A stretch of 64,000 nt of DNA from Mytilus californianus (Eukaryota): contig NW_026262712.1 of the NCBI RefSeq assembly GCF_021869535.1, positions 65,782,001-65,846,000 on the forward strand. The letters run 5' to 3'. Every line of letters starts with the position of its first letter. Positions within the stretch are counted from its first letter, which is position 1. The position numbers and the translations under genes are program-made. The notes under the pieces were generated by a model. The model saw only the letters and a program-made list of their open reading frames with translations, had not been told where the DNA came from and searched no databases. This document shows, piece by piece, positions 35,106 to 48,048 of this stretch.

Positions 35106-36563
35106 ATTATACGGGGTAAATACAGTACCCTGTTGGGAAACATTCGCTTTGTAGTTTGCAGTGATTTTCGCATTAATTCTTACCCTGACCCCCAACCTTA
35201 CCATGCAATACTTTTATTAGGAATTAACGAAACTTAAAGATATCATGTAGCATTAAGTTATAAAAAAATGGGTATAAAACACACACAAAACACGGTACAA
35301 ATTCGATTAATCAAGTATTATTACATTGCTTGCAATGAATTATCGTGATTTCTCAGTGAAATAAAATCAATAATTTTACATGTGAAATAAACTCGGTTAT
35401 TTCACTCCTCTGACGTCATACAACAATAGGTGTTGTCAAGACGTTGTCGATGACGTTGCATAAAAGCAATTGTGAATGAGTAGACAAAGATATACAGTTG
35501 GAAAGCAGGTCACGGTTTGACCCCAAGTCTATCAGCAACAATAGAGTCACGTGACCGTGAAAATTCAGCAAAACTACGCATGAAACAAATCTCATTTTTA
35601 CTCACTAAAACACCACTGTCATGATAAAAACTTATTGATCAAAATAATCTTGAATATAAATAGTTTTAACTCGTCAAAACTTACGCATCAACTAAAAGTC
35701 CTTTTTTTCTTCATTTCATCTTCAAACATGAAGTTTGTGTGAAAATTGTAAAGTCTCCTGATCGAAAAATCTAAATATTTTCGAGGAAACTAAAAATGAT
35801 GGGCTGAATTTAAATCTAATAAAGCATCTCATTAAGACAAACACTCGATATGAATATCTAGGCAATAGAGTTTTGGATACGCAAACGTCAAGTTATTTTC
35901 AACTCGAGGCGGTGGTTTTTTGTCCTATTTGTGCAAGTAGTTATCTCCCCTTGATATCAGCGGTCAAAAATAAAAACCCAGCAAAATGAATAAAAAGGAG
36001 TTTACTTTACAAAAATAAAGAAGAAACTAAAAGAAATTTGATTTACAACTATATTATTATAATATTAAGAAGAGATACTTCCCTACTTTTCAGAGAAGTG
36101 TAATGGTGGTCACTTTGTTTACTTGTTATTTGTTCTATTTATTTGGGGAAATTGGTTAATGTTAGTATTATTTATAGTTCCGTAACTCTTTCTTCCGAGA
36201 CCGGCCATGTAATTATTCTTGTCGGGACTTCCTGCTTCTTGCACGTGATTGACTTCCGGCCTGGCCGGGCTCGTTGTCTCTAGGAACTATAAGTATGACG
36301 TCACTCACCGGGTTCAGGGCAGTTTACACTTAGGATTTGAAATGAGCAGACGCTCATACCGTTTGGATTGCACATATGGAACTTTAAAATGACAAGTAGA
36401 CTAGCCACCACTGTATATTTATTATATGTAAATTATATCCAACCATATATGTCTTTTAAATAAACATCTTTATGTTTACGTGGATTTATAGTTTGTCTAA
36501 TATCCCAGAACTTGGGTAGACAACGGGAAAACGAAGCCAGTGGAAACTCCACTCCCGTTACAT

Positions 36564-36581
36564 TGGGGGCTCGTCCGGGAT
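36564..36581 (+). other. Primer-binding site complementary to tRNA-Pro 3' end
   Basis: TGGGGGCTCGTCCGGGAT, the canonical 18-nt tRNA-Pro PBS. Confidence 0.9.
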
Positions 36582-38187
36582 ATATTTTAGGACAATAATC
36601 AAAACAAACGTATTGTTTGTACATTATTTCTGCAATATGGCTGGAATAAAAGGGATTTTTGTATCCCTAGGAGTCAAAATCGAACAGTTTATTGTTCGTC
36701 TTCTTATCATTTCCGTTGTTTGTGCCGGTCCTACAATGACCAGTACTGAATAAAATATTGGTTTGTACAATAATATAATAAAAGGTGGCTTACCTTCAGA
36801 AATTGAAATTAGAAATCCACCAGGGAAACTTAAATTTGGACCACAAAGTAAACCTTTTGTTCACGTTCCAAAGAACAAATGGTAAAAATGCAGTTCTTGT
36901 ATAGCAGGAAAAACAAACAAATCATGTTTGTACTCATGTACACAGCATCAAAATTAAAAATATAGCTGTATTTGACTGTAATTTAAAGCAAAGTATGGCT
37001 TTTCAATTTTCCGGAAGTCCGCGATTTATCACGCCATGTTTACAAAATGACGTCATATTTTTGACGTCAAAACACATGACATCTAAGGAATGTGTGTATG
37101 GAGGTACCAATAGGGAATACTCATTGTCGTTCTAATTATGAAAAAACTGTTTTATTTCTTAGTTCCGTTTAATTGGTACGTTTTTATGTTTATTGTCATA
37201 ATTGGATTTGGAAAGTCAAATAAATTGTTTGATTATACTTGAAATTGTTTTTGATTAAAAAGTACATTTTGTACTTGCATTTCTGTCACTTTTGTCTGCA
37301 TCTATGTCTTGTCAGTGTGGATGTTATAGCAATTATTTAGTTTTCTTGCATGGAAAGGAGGGAATTAACAATACACAAAACTTCAAAGTTATATCGTTTG
37401 TAAAAGGCTATATTGTGCCATCATGGATTATATTCTGCAAAATTTGTTCGGTTTATATTAATCTTAAAAAAACGGATTAAAAGTACAGTTTTGTACTAGA
37501 ATATGTTTTATATAACATCATCATGATGATCATTTTTACTTTGGTCTTTTGGAAATAGACTGAATTAATTTCAGTTTGGTGGGGTTGTTACTTGGAGGGA
37601 AAATAATACTGAATATTTTCAGTCGTTAAGCGATACGTTAATAAATGTAGAAATTAATTGTGGATGTTGCCAGAATTTGGATTAAAATGACATTTGTTGT
37701 CATTCAGCTGGAATAGGGTTGTCTTGTACGAGTAGTGCTGGATTATTGCTAAATAGAAGAAAGTACACTCAGTATGTTAGCTGTGGGAAGATGCTTTCGG
37801 TGGTACATACAGGCAAATTTGGAAATACCTTATGTGCTAGAGAATGGCACTAGGATGGGTATGGACTATTGGTTAGTCTTGTTGCGTATGTATTTTTACT
37901 ACCTAGTTATTGGTTCACCATGGGTATGCTGTCTGCATGGTTAAGGATATTGTTTTGGGATTACTGGAATACAAGGGATGATTTATTATATAGTCTAATT
38001 GTTTTATATGACTAACTAATTTTTGAAAATATTTGATAAACAAACAATCAGTTTGTATGGATTCCAGTAGAGAAATGTGTGTTCTATATGTTTATATTAA
38101 TTCCTTGGGCTATATGCTTTCGGAGACGTTTACAAATACGTATTGGGGCACCCGATCAAGTGGTGCAATGCTTGTGTATTTAGACTA

Positions 38188-38393
38188 CTGTAAATTCAGA
38201 AATTATTGCGAGGTTTTTATTATTGCGAAAAATGCGACAGAGTTGTAAACGCAATAATTTAAACTCGCATTTTGAAATATTTTATTTGAATTAAACAGGA
38301 TTTTTCTCAAAACCGAAAAAATTAAAATCGCATTTCAGTCTAAAATGATAAAATCGCAATAATAAATGCACGCAATAATTTCTGAATTTACAG
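38188..38393. mobile_element. Tc1/mariner-type MITE nested in the LTR element
   Basis: Perfect TIR CTGTAAATTCAGAAATTATTGCG / CGCAATAATTTCTGAATTTACAG with TA on both sides. Confidence 0.88.
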
Positions 38394-41371
38394 TATTATA
38401 GACTCTTGGTGAGTCAGGATTTTATAAGAAGAATGTGCTTCTTAAGTATTCCAGTGTCTGACAGAATATGGGAGATAAAACTGAAATTGTTTCAGTGCGT
38501 GGATAGCTGGCCACAATGAGGGAACATTGAAATTTATATTGGCCTTTTTGCCGATAACTTTGAACGTAACTAAACCACATAGAATTAAATGTTGGGGAAC
38601 ACTTACTTGGACTACTTTACAGATTTGGAAAATCTACTGGACGACTTTTACCATATTTACCTTCCTGGAACCTTGGACAATATGTGTACCTGGATGCTTC
38701 GCTCGAGCTTTAAAATTGGATTCCTTACTCCGTGATGATGTCTCGTGATGTATTTGTGACTTTTGAACATTTAGTTAAAGACCGTTGAATATCTTGAACT
38801 ATTTTTCAAATTATTTATTGACATTAACAGTAAATTAATTTGTTGATAACTATATGTGTCTGTATTTGGAATTTCGGTAAGTATACCTGACCGATCTTAG
38901 GACTAATGTGTGGGCACATTATGTCTTAAGAGAGGGGGAGTGTTATGGTGGTCACTTTGTTTACCTGTTATTTATTCTATTTATTTGGGGAAATTGGTTA
39001 ATGTAAGTTTTATTTATAGTTCCGTAACTCTTTCTTCCGAGACCGGCCATGTAATTATTCTTGTCGGGACTTCCTGCTTCTTGCACGTGCCTGACTTCCG
39101 GCCCGGCCGGGCTCGTTGTCCCTATAAACTATAAGTATGACGTCACTCACCGGGTTCAGGGCAGTCTACACTTAGGATTTGAAATGAGCAGACGCTCATA
39201 CCGTTTGGCTTGCACATATGGAACTTTAAAATGACACGTAGACTAGCCACCACTGCATATTATTATATGTAAATTATATCCAACCATATATGTCTTTTAA
39301 ATAAACATCTTTATGTTTACGTGGATTTATAGTTTGTCTAATATCCCAGAACTTGGGTAGACAACGGGAAAACGAAGCCAGTGGAAACTCCACTCCCGTT
39401 ACAGAAGGATTATAGTTAAAAATTAAAAGAAAAAAAATTGATAAAAATTAAGCAATTCACCTAGAAACTTGGTGAGATTTACTTTGTAATTTTATACTGG
39501 GATATGGGATCACTACTACCTAGCTGAATTGATATTTAAATTAGCTCTTTGGGTTGAAATTTACTTTGTAATCTTTATAATGGGATATTGGATCACTCCT
39601 AGTAGAAATTTGTTTAATTACATTTATTAAACAATGTTTAATGCAATAAAACATACTTCATACAATTTAAATAATCTTTCTGAAATAAAAATAATAAATA
39701 CTGATCATTTATATTTTATAATCTAAAAAGTTGGACCAAGAGTCCCAATAGTTTCTTCAATTTAGCTCAATCCTATGTTTCTTAGTTGAACAGTACAGTA
39801 CTGCCTACAAGATATCCTACACAAAAAGGATAAATTTAACAAAAACATTGACAGAAATTCTGTAAAAAATAATACTTAGAATTATAAGTGACATAATTTT
39901 GAATTTTAAAATCATTATTATTGTAAAATTCAATTATTAGATAAGTTAGCACAGCTAGTAGCTCTTGCCAAATTTCTCAGTGTATTTTAGATTATAAAAG
40001 TAAAATTTTTGAAAAAAATAAAATTGGCTTCTACTCTTCAGGTTGCTGTATCTGTATCAGCTGGTATAAATATTTATAAACATTGTATATATTGTATACT
40101 TTTACCTTAATAATTGGATATTTATATCACAAATGACCGGGACAAATCTTGTGCCTTTTACTTAATGATTGTAAAATTTGACAAGAATTTGCCATTTGGA
40201 TTAGAATAAATACAATTTTGTAAGAAACCATCTCTATGAATTAAAGTTCGTGTTTGACTTGATAAGTTAGTTTTTTGCACTTATTAGTGTGGCTTATTTA
40301 GTAAATAGATAATCAGATAAGTAAGGTTTTTAACTTATAAGTGTAATTAACTGACCTTCATTTCCTTTTTCATAGGTTTTCTCCTCCAGAAATTTCATTG
40401 CAATGCATTTTCTCTTGCTATTTTTTTGTGTTTTTGTCCATCCATAGGCTATCATTAATTTGTCAGATTTGTTTCCAGTATGAATGAAACTCAATTTTCA
40501 AACTCAATAAAGATGATATTTGTATCACTTTTCCAATGTGTAAATTTTCACTATGCACATGACCCTGACACATATATTGTTAACGTTATGTGACGTATGT
40601 TGAAAAAGAAAACAATGTCACGGTCAACTTGTGTAGGGGATCAAAAAGGGTATTAGCTACCTTAAAATGAAGGTATCGTATGGAATTGTGAAAAACAAGA
40701 ATTTTTAATCATAATTTCATTCATATCTCTAACAAGATAAGTATTTTAGAGTACTTGGAAACAGGTACAATGAAAAGAAGTTGAACATTCACTGTTTTAA
40801 ACTAGAAACGAAGCCAAAACCTGCTACAAATTGACATGACTGGTGGTCACTAAAATTGTTGTATTAGAGTAAAAAATGATGGCTTCAAAATTGTGAAGAA
40901 ATTTGAAATAGGTTACCCGGTTTCATTTAAAATTTTTAACGTTCTTTTCCGTATCTGGATACGCAAACGTCAAGTTATTTAAATTCGATGTTTTTGGCGA
41001 ACACAAAAAAAATGGCTGATAATTTTTAGAACGGACAGGATAAAGTAATAGCAAATAAAAGTTATTTTCGACAATTTTTCTATGTCGTATTGAAACTATA
41101 TTGTTCACAAAACCTACAAACTTTAAAAATCAATTATAATAAAAGCATGACAAGTTGAAAAATATAGTTTGAATGACGATGTTTTAACCGATTGATTTCG
41201 CGGACTTTTTTACGTCACCGACGACTGTAGCGCCACCTAATTAATCCCCCCTGCTATTGTTGCTGATAGAGCTTGACGACAACGGACGTATCCAAGAACT
41301 TGCTTTCCAACTGATAGTTCCTTCATTTTTTCTCTAATTCTACTAAATATCCCATTGTCAATGTAATAAAA

Positions 41372-41531
41372 AGAATAACTAATCAAAGAATTCAAATATC
41401 GTAAGATATTCAACTCGTGACCGAACAACACTGATAATTAACTCATTCGCTACGCGCATTCGTGAATTAATTTGTTGTTCCGTCACTCGTTGAATATTTT
41501 TCTCTATTTGAATTCTTTTATTAGTTATTCT
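41372..41531. repeat. Long imperfect palindrome (foldback MITE-like)
   Basis: AGAATAACTAAT.AAAGAATTCAAATA..GATATTCAAC..GTGAC.GAACAACA mirrored by TGTTGTTC.GTCAC..GTTGAATAT..TATTTGAATTCTTT.ATTAGTTATTCT. Confidence 0.75.
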
Positions 41532-42689
41532 ATAAATAAGCGTTTTTTATGCTATAAACAACCAAATGGTGCATTTTGCTGTTAAGAATGAATTAAGTGA
41601 TATGATTCAAATAACTCATATTACACTTTAGTGAAATCCTTATTTCCTCCGAATTGAAACTCGAAAAAAGGTTTTGCCTAGGGATTTTATCCATAAATTA
41701 AATATATACCTTTCAATGTATTTGATATATATACTTGTAGTAGCTGTAATTTGAATTCATATACTTGTTTTATTCTATCTGTTTGCTGTCATATGCCTAT
41801 ATTTTATTTTTATGCTTTTCTCCCAATCGAAAGGACAACCAGTTTTTTTTCGGTATAAAAGAATTAGTAAAATAAAACTCATCAGAGATACTTGACTAAT
41901 GATAAAGGAAAAATTAGTATGGTGAAAACGATAAATTGTCGATTGCTGAAAGATATGTCTGAAAGATTTAATAATGGTTTCCTAAGACATTTTTTTAACT
42001 AACTGGATTTTAATGCACCAGCGCTTTCTATATTTGTGCTGAATGGTCTCATTTTTATAAAGAATTCTTTGGGAGCCACATTGATTGTTTGTTGATTGCT
42101 TAACGTCCACTGGCAAATATTTCATTCATGTTCAGGACGAAAACAAATTATTAACAAATAGGAACATGTAAAGGAGGGCGTCCGGGATGAAGGTTGTAGG
42201 GACAATTTGGACTGCAACGAGAAAATGAGGGTATATTGAATAGGAACAGAAATTTAACCTTTCAACATAAATAAGAAGAATGGTATGAGTGCCAATGAGG
42301 CAACTCTCCATCCAAGTCACAATGTATAAAAAGTTAACAATTATAGGTCAAAGTACGACCTTCAATACGGAGCCGTGGCTAACACCGAATAAGCAAGCTA
42401 TAAAGGACACCAAAATGACTAGTGTAAAACAATTGAAACAGGAAAACCAACGGTCTGATCTATATAAAACACGAGAAACAAGAAACACCTATGAACCACA
42501 CAAGCAAACGACAACCACTGAACAACAGGCTCCTGACTTAGGACAGGTGCATAAAAAAGCAGCGGGTTTATACGTTTTAACAGGCGCTAACCATCACCCT
42601 TACTTGAGACAGTATTGTAAGATTACAACATAAAAAGACACACTATAAAATATCAATTGAAATGGCTTAACTAGATCAAAAAGACATTT

Positions 42690-42890
42690 AAACAGGCTAC
42701 CTACGGCCCCCTCAAAGAGTTGTTACAAAACGTGGCACTCTCTTTACACGTGGCATCGGATTTAACGTCCCCATTCTCACCGTACGTGGCTGCAAACTTG
42801 TACATGCCGCACAGCCATATGGACGTTCTTCTTTGGCGAGGGTTTTTCTGCCCGTCGGAGGAAGGTCTATGGTGATCATACATTAATGAC
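42690..42890 (-). mobile_element. SINE fragment with Meta-domain-like motif
   Basis: Minus strand GGGGACGTTAAATCCGATGCCACGTGTAAAGAGAGTGCCACG; related SINE tail GGACGTTAAGCAATCAAC at 42080-42150 (minus). Confidence 0.45.
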
Positions 42891-43677
42891 AAAAAAAAAA
42901 TATCGGTATAAAGTTAACTTGTTAAAGTGAGAATTATTTGTGCTCTAAAAGATTTAATAGTACAGGAAGCCATGTCATAATTGGATAGATCAAATGATTT
43001 CATAAAAGTATAGAATTGTCAATCAACATTCTTTATATCTATTTTACAATCATATATGCTATATAGTAATTGTACAGGGAATTGTATTAGACTTGTACGA
43101 GCAGTACTGCGACTACAATAATACGGTTCATTAATAATATATTCAAACTTCCTTCTTATTATACGCACTTTATAATGTTTCGTGACTGGGAATACTTTCC
43201 TAAGAACGAACTGACAATAGGGCTAGTTGCAAACGATAAAATGAGTAAGAAAATAAATCATTATAGGGCAATCCATATTGCAGATAACTTTTGTATTTTC
43301 TGTCTGTCTATTATCTAATTTGTCAAAAGTTGTCATTTAAGGGCAATAATAACTACATGAAGTCATCCGGTATTTTGTTATGGAAACAGAAAGTATGTAA
43401 ATTTTGACATTCTGGAAAATTATTATCGTGTACGTTTTTCCCTATGATGGTTTTTAATATTACGAATATGTTACCTTTACTTTGTGTTTTCTTTTACAGG
43501 TATCCCTGGAAGTATTGTTCATTGATTTGTATTTCTGAAACACCTTTATACACTACGTACCGTTAAGATTAAATTGATCTAGTTGATTTATAGGAGATAA
43601 TTGTTTAAACGTTTACAACGCGGGCAAGGACGTAGTCAAATGGGTGAAGAAGGACAATATTCAACGATGAACCCAGT

Positions 43678-43890
43678 ATACTGTGGATGCATTTATTTTC
43701 TTGGTACCAATTTTCGTGGACTGAGGAAAACTTGCTTTTTCGTGGATATTTGATTCCATGGTTTTGTCAAAGTCTGCATACAAACCTATAGAGAATTTGT
43801 TATTCGTTGAATATCTTAATTCGTGGTTCATTTGTACCAACTAAATCAACGAAAATTGGTATTCCACGAATAGTAATCAATCCAGTCTCA
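43678..43890. mobile_element. Degenerate TA-flanked MITE
   Basis: TACTGTGGAT..GGTACCAATTTTCGTGGA mirrored by TCAACGAAAATTGGTATTCCACGAAT..AATCCAGT. Confidence 0.6.
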
Positions 43891-46844
43891 ACCGTCAAGC
43901 CGCACTTGCTCACACTATCTCATGTTATCTGTCCCATTCTTCTAGTAAACACACACTTACCAAACCTTTTACTTTCTGTACACATTTTTTCTCTTTCTCT
44001 AACACATAAACTCTTTCCCTCTCTCGCACATTATCACACTCTCTAACACGTATGAAAACACACTCTAAAATAAACGCAATCACTCACACAAACACATTCT
44101 GACATTCTGTCACGCATACGTATTCTCGTACAATTTATTTCGCGCACGCAAATACTCTGTATCTCACGCATTCAGATTCACTTCCTCACATTTGGAAACG
44201 ACGCCTTCACACTCGACACTTTATTAGCGTATGCTTTCTTTCACATTTAAAATATTTGACACCAACGAAAACTACAAAAAAAAAAATACCTACTACCTGC
44301 AACTAACTCATTCACACGAAAACAGTTGGACCCATTGGTGGCCTTGAGTTGTTTTCTGCTCTTTGGTCGGGTTGGTGTCTTTTTGACACATTCTCCGTTT
44401 TAATTCTAAATTGTAATCATAAATACACAAAAGACAGTACAGATAACGAACGAAGACTATATAGCACAACCCGTTCAAAAACAAAATGCGGTGGGACTAT
44501 ACGAATATTAATGGCATCCTTAAATCTTTTAATCCATCTTCTACTATTTACCAAACAAGACCAAATGATAATAATACGTTTGCTCTTCTGAACTAAAAAG
44601 AACTGGCAGGTTCAACAAAGATTTGATAAAGTTACTTTAACCATTAATTTTCATACCCAGACCAAGACTCCGCCTAGGTCGTTTTCTGTTTATAGTAATT
44701 AGAATTCTTGAGCAAATATCATGTCTTTGGCAAACAATCTAACCAGACCTTGGAAATAATGCTGTCATTCCTGATACAGCTCAGATTAGTTTCACTTTCG
44801 CTTCAGCCTAGTCATTCTGGTCTTCTTATTACTGTAACACTTTGATTCAACCTCATTTTAACACGACGTCTATAGTAATTAGAAAATAGACGCGAATGTT
44901 ACCAAAAGAACATTCAAACTAATAAGTCGAAAATAAACTGACAACGTCATGACCAAAAAAAAAACGGAAAACGACGAAGAGACAAACAACAGTACATAAA
45001 ACACAACATAGATAACTAAAGACTGAGCTACAAGAACCCAGCCAAACCTGGGGGTGATCTCAGGTGTTCCGGAAGGGTAAACAGATCCTGATATACATGT
45101 GGCACACGTCGTGTGTTGCTCATATAAGTACACACCCAGTGATAAGTTTAATTCGTAGTATTCGTTATGAGGGACAGGAAAGATTTGTTCACATACAGAA
45201 GTCATGAGAATGTGGCATGCAAATTAATTTTTTTTCTTATGATTTTGGGATCTTTTATTTTGGCATCAGTCCTTCATATTTTGTGTGTGTGGGAGAAGGA
45301 GGGGGTATTTTTTTTAATGAATTGTTTAATCAAAAATCAAAAAATATATTTGTTTCCATTCAAAATAAGGGATAAAATAAATGCAACATCGAGTGAAAAA
45401 CAATGTTCTAGTTCTTGTAATTTTTTAAAGAAATAGTTTTGTTGGGTTTTTAAGTCGAAAATTGTTTTGCCCTACAAAAGGTAAATGGTCAGTGCCTTAA
45501 AAGACGATTCTTTTACTCAAATTTTGATCTGTTTAACCTTATTATGATAAACAAAATTATCTGAATCTAAATATGTCAAGGACAAAATACAAATATATAG
45601 TCAGGAGCCTATTGTTCAGTGGTTGTAGTTTGTTGGTGTGGTTCATTTGTGTTTCTCGTTTCTCGTTTTTCATATAGATTAGAACGTTGGTTTTCCTATT
45701 TGTATTGTTTTACATTAGTCAATTTTATGCCCTTTATAGCTTGCTGTTTGGTGTGAGCCTCCGTCTTCAAGGCCGTTTTTTGACCTATAATTGTTGACTT
45801 TTTATACATAGTTACTTGGATTGAAAGTTGTCTAATTGTCACTCATAACACATCTTCTTATATATATATATATATAGAAAGGCTAGATATTAGTCAACGA
45901 ATTTCTTAAACGCTGGGTCGTTTTGAAAAACAAACAAAACGATACTGTACAATAACAAAATACATATTTTTTTTTATATTTACGCATAAAAAGTGTACAA
46001 AACAACACCCATATTTAAAATTGAAACAGCAAATACAAGTATCACTAAATGTGAACTGTGACTTTTGTCCTTTTCAATTAAATTTTGGAATTACTTGATA
46101 TGATTAAAAGGAGATTTAAAGTATTTACAATGTGAACTCTCTTTCAAAATATAAAAAAAACTATAAATATCGTTTTTTGATAAGGGTCTGGATTGGGTTT
46201 ACGGAAGAACAAATAAAAGGGAGAGAGAAAAATGGGCTTACAAATTAAACAAAAAACATAATAACGGGCAAAAAATTCTAGATAAGAGAAAATGGACAAA
46301 AATTAAATAATACAGAAATGAAGATCACCCTCTCCCCCATTCAGACCTTCATTAATTTTAGCGTTTTTTTAATTCAAAATGTTTTTAAAAAATGTTATCA
46401 GAGAAATGTGTAAAAAAAAAGCTTGATATATCATTTTCCCTTAATGTCCACAATTTTTTTTTATCTGTTAACATCATTTGAAGCATTCAAACAACATGAG
46501 CAACAAACGTTTATATTTATTGCAAGTAGATTATAGATAGTAAAATATCTCGTGATCGTTTTACTTGTTTACCTTTCTGGTTGAAACACCTCTTCAAATT
46601 ATGTGAGATGTTATTTCCGTTCTCGTAATTCAGGTAATTACATCGCTTCTTTTGTTGTAGTTTTTTGGATTAAGCATAAAGGTATGGACAAATATACCCG
46701 TATTTACATCCAAAATGTTGTCTGAGTACAAGCAAACCTTTTCATCTTGAATAATTGTCCTGAGTTGATTATACTTGGGGTCCTCTTTGGTTTAATCAGC
46801 TCTTCAACGTTTTTATTATGTTTACGTTTTCAAATATTTCGGTC

Positions 46845-46910
46845 TCGAGCATTGCTGAAAAGACATTAATGGTTGAAATACGCATCTGGTGCAGTAAAAT
46901 TTATACCGTT
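46845..46910 (+). pseudogene. Degenerate dispersed hammerhead motif
   Basis: GCATTG-CTGAAAA-GACA ttaat GGTT-GAAA-TACGCA-TC-TGGTGC. Confidence 0.55.
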
Positions 46911-48048
46911 AAAAAAAATATACGGCATACTCGGGCAGTTCAAAGATATGAAAATGTTATATATGTATTGTGTTTTTCAGAAAATTAAAATTTTGTTTGA
47001 ATTGAGAGAAATCTTTTTTCCAAGCCTGTAGAATATCATGAATATAGAATAATAAAAAAAAAACCGCCTGAATTAAATTTCGCGCACATAAAACTTTGAA
47101 TCCGGATCTTTACCTTGAAGAAGAATTTTCATTTGATTTCACATCAAAATCCAGAAAAATGTGATTTGCAAAAAGGTTATCAGCCTTATTAATTTTTGAA
47201 ACCGACCATACCCTCTATTTGCTAGATTACAGTGTGGGAACGGACGTGTACGTTTTATTAATGTTATGGTCATCCTGGAGACTTTCAAGCGAGACTCCAA
47301 CATTTGCAAAAAAAATGCAGTTGATTGTTTTATCACTATTAGCACTGGATGTTTACTTTTAATGCATACGACACGTCATTTATATTTTATAATTCTGAGT
47401 TGCAGAAAACATTCTTAAGGCTAGAAAAAAGAGGAAAATATTGAAATAAAGCTCCGACCACAATTATGTCATGTTATGTTCATTCTGCTTATATTTTAAC
47501 TTTACGAAATTTTTTCTTTCAAAAATGTTCAACTTTATATCAAAAATTAATAATTACAATATAGATTTTCCTCAAATTTAACATCAACATGCATATTTTT
47601 TTCACATTGTGACTTGGATGGATAGTTGTCTCATTGGCACTCATACCACATCTTCTTATTTATATATAATTGCGAATAGCTGTAAATCGTGACAGAATAG
47701 TTATATACGATGCTGTAACATTTGCCACTGTACGGTCGCTTCTTGGCAAATAACTTCGACTGTATTATCACTTGGAGCATTTCTGTATTGTCGCCTGGAA
47801 GCAGTGTCATAATGTTGGCTAGAGTATACATAAAGAAGATCGATTTTACTATTTTCTAAATTCAAATCTCCTTTCGAAAAAAAATATATCATCAAAACAG
47901 ATTTTTGTTACTCTCATATTTACACAGTATACAACGGTTTAAACAAAGTTTTTGATATAACTATTTTTCGTTTATTCAAAGGCTTTATTCTTCAAACTAT
48001 TCGAGACGACCTGATCATTTATAAAAGTGTACACTCACACACATGTAA

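Larger units (their letters stand above)
36099..39403 (+). mobile_element. Non-autonomous LTR retroelement with no recognisable ORF (LARD/TRIM-like)
   Basis: LTRs 36099-36562 and 38941-39403 (TGT...ACA, ~15 substitutions + 1 indel), 4-bp TSD GAAG, tRNA-Pro PBS, PPT AAGAGAGGGGGAG (38928-38940). Confidence 0.92.

Noticed and set aside
36582-38927. env or accessory gene in the tRNA-Pro LTR element
   Set aside because: No ORF of 75 aa or more in the track and no signal peptide/TM/furin pattern I can support.
43900-44340. CA/CT-rich strand-biased tract
   Set aside because: Low-complexity sequence with no regular period or function evident.
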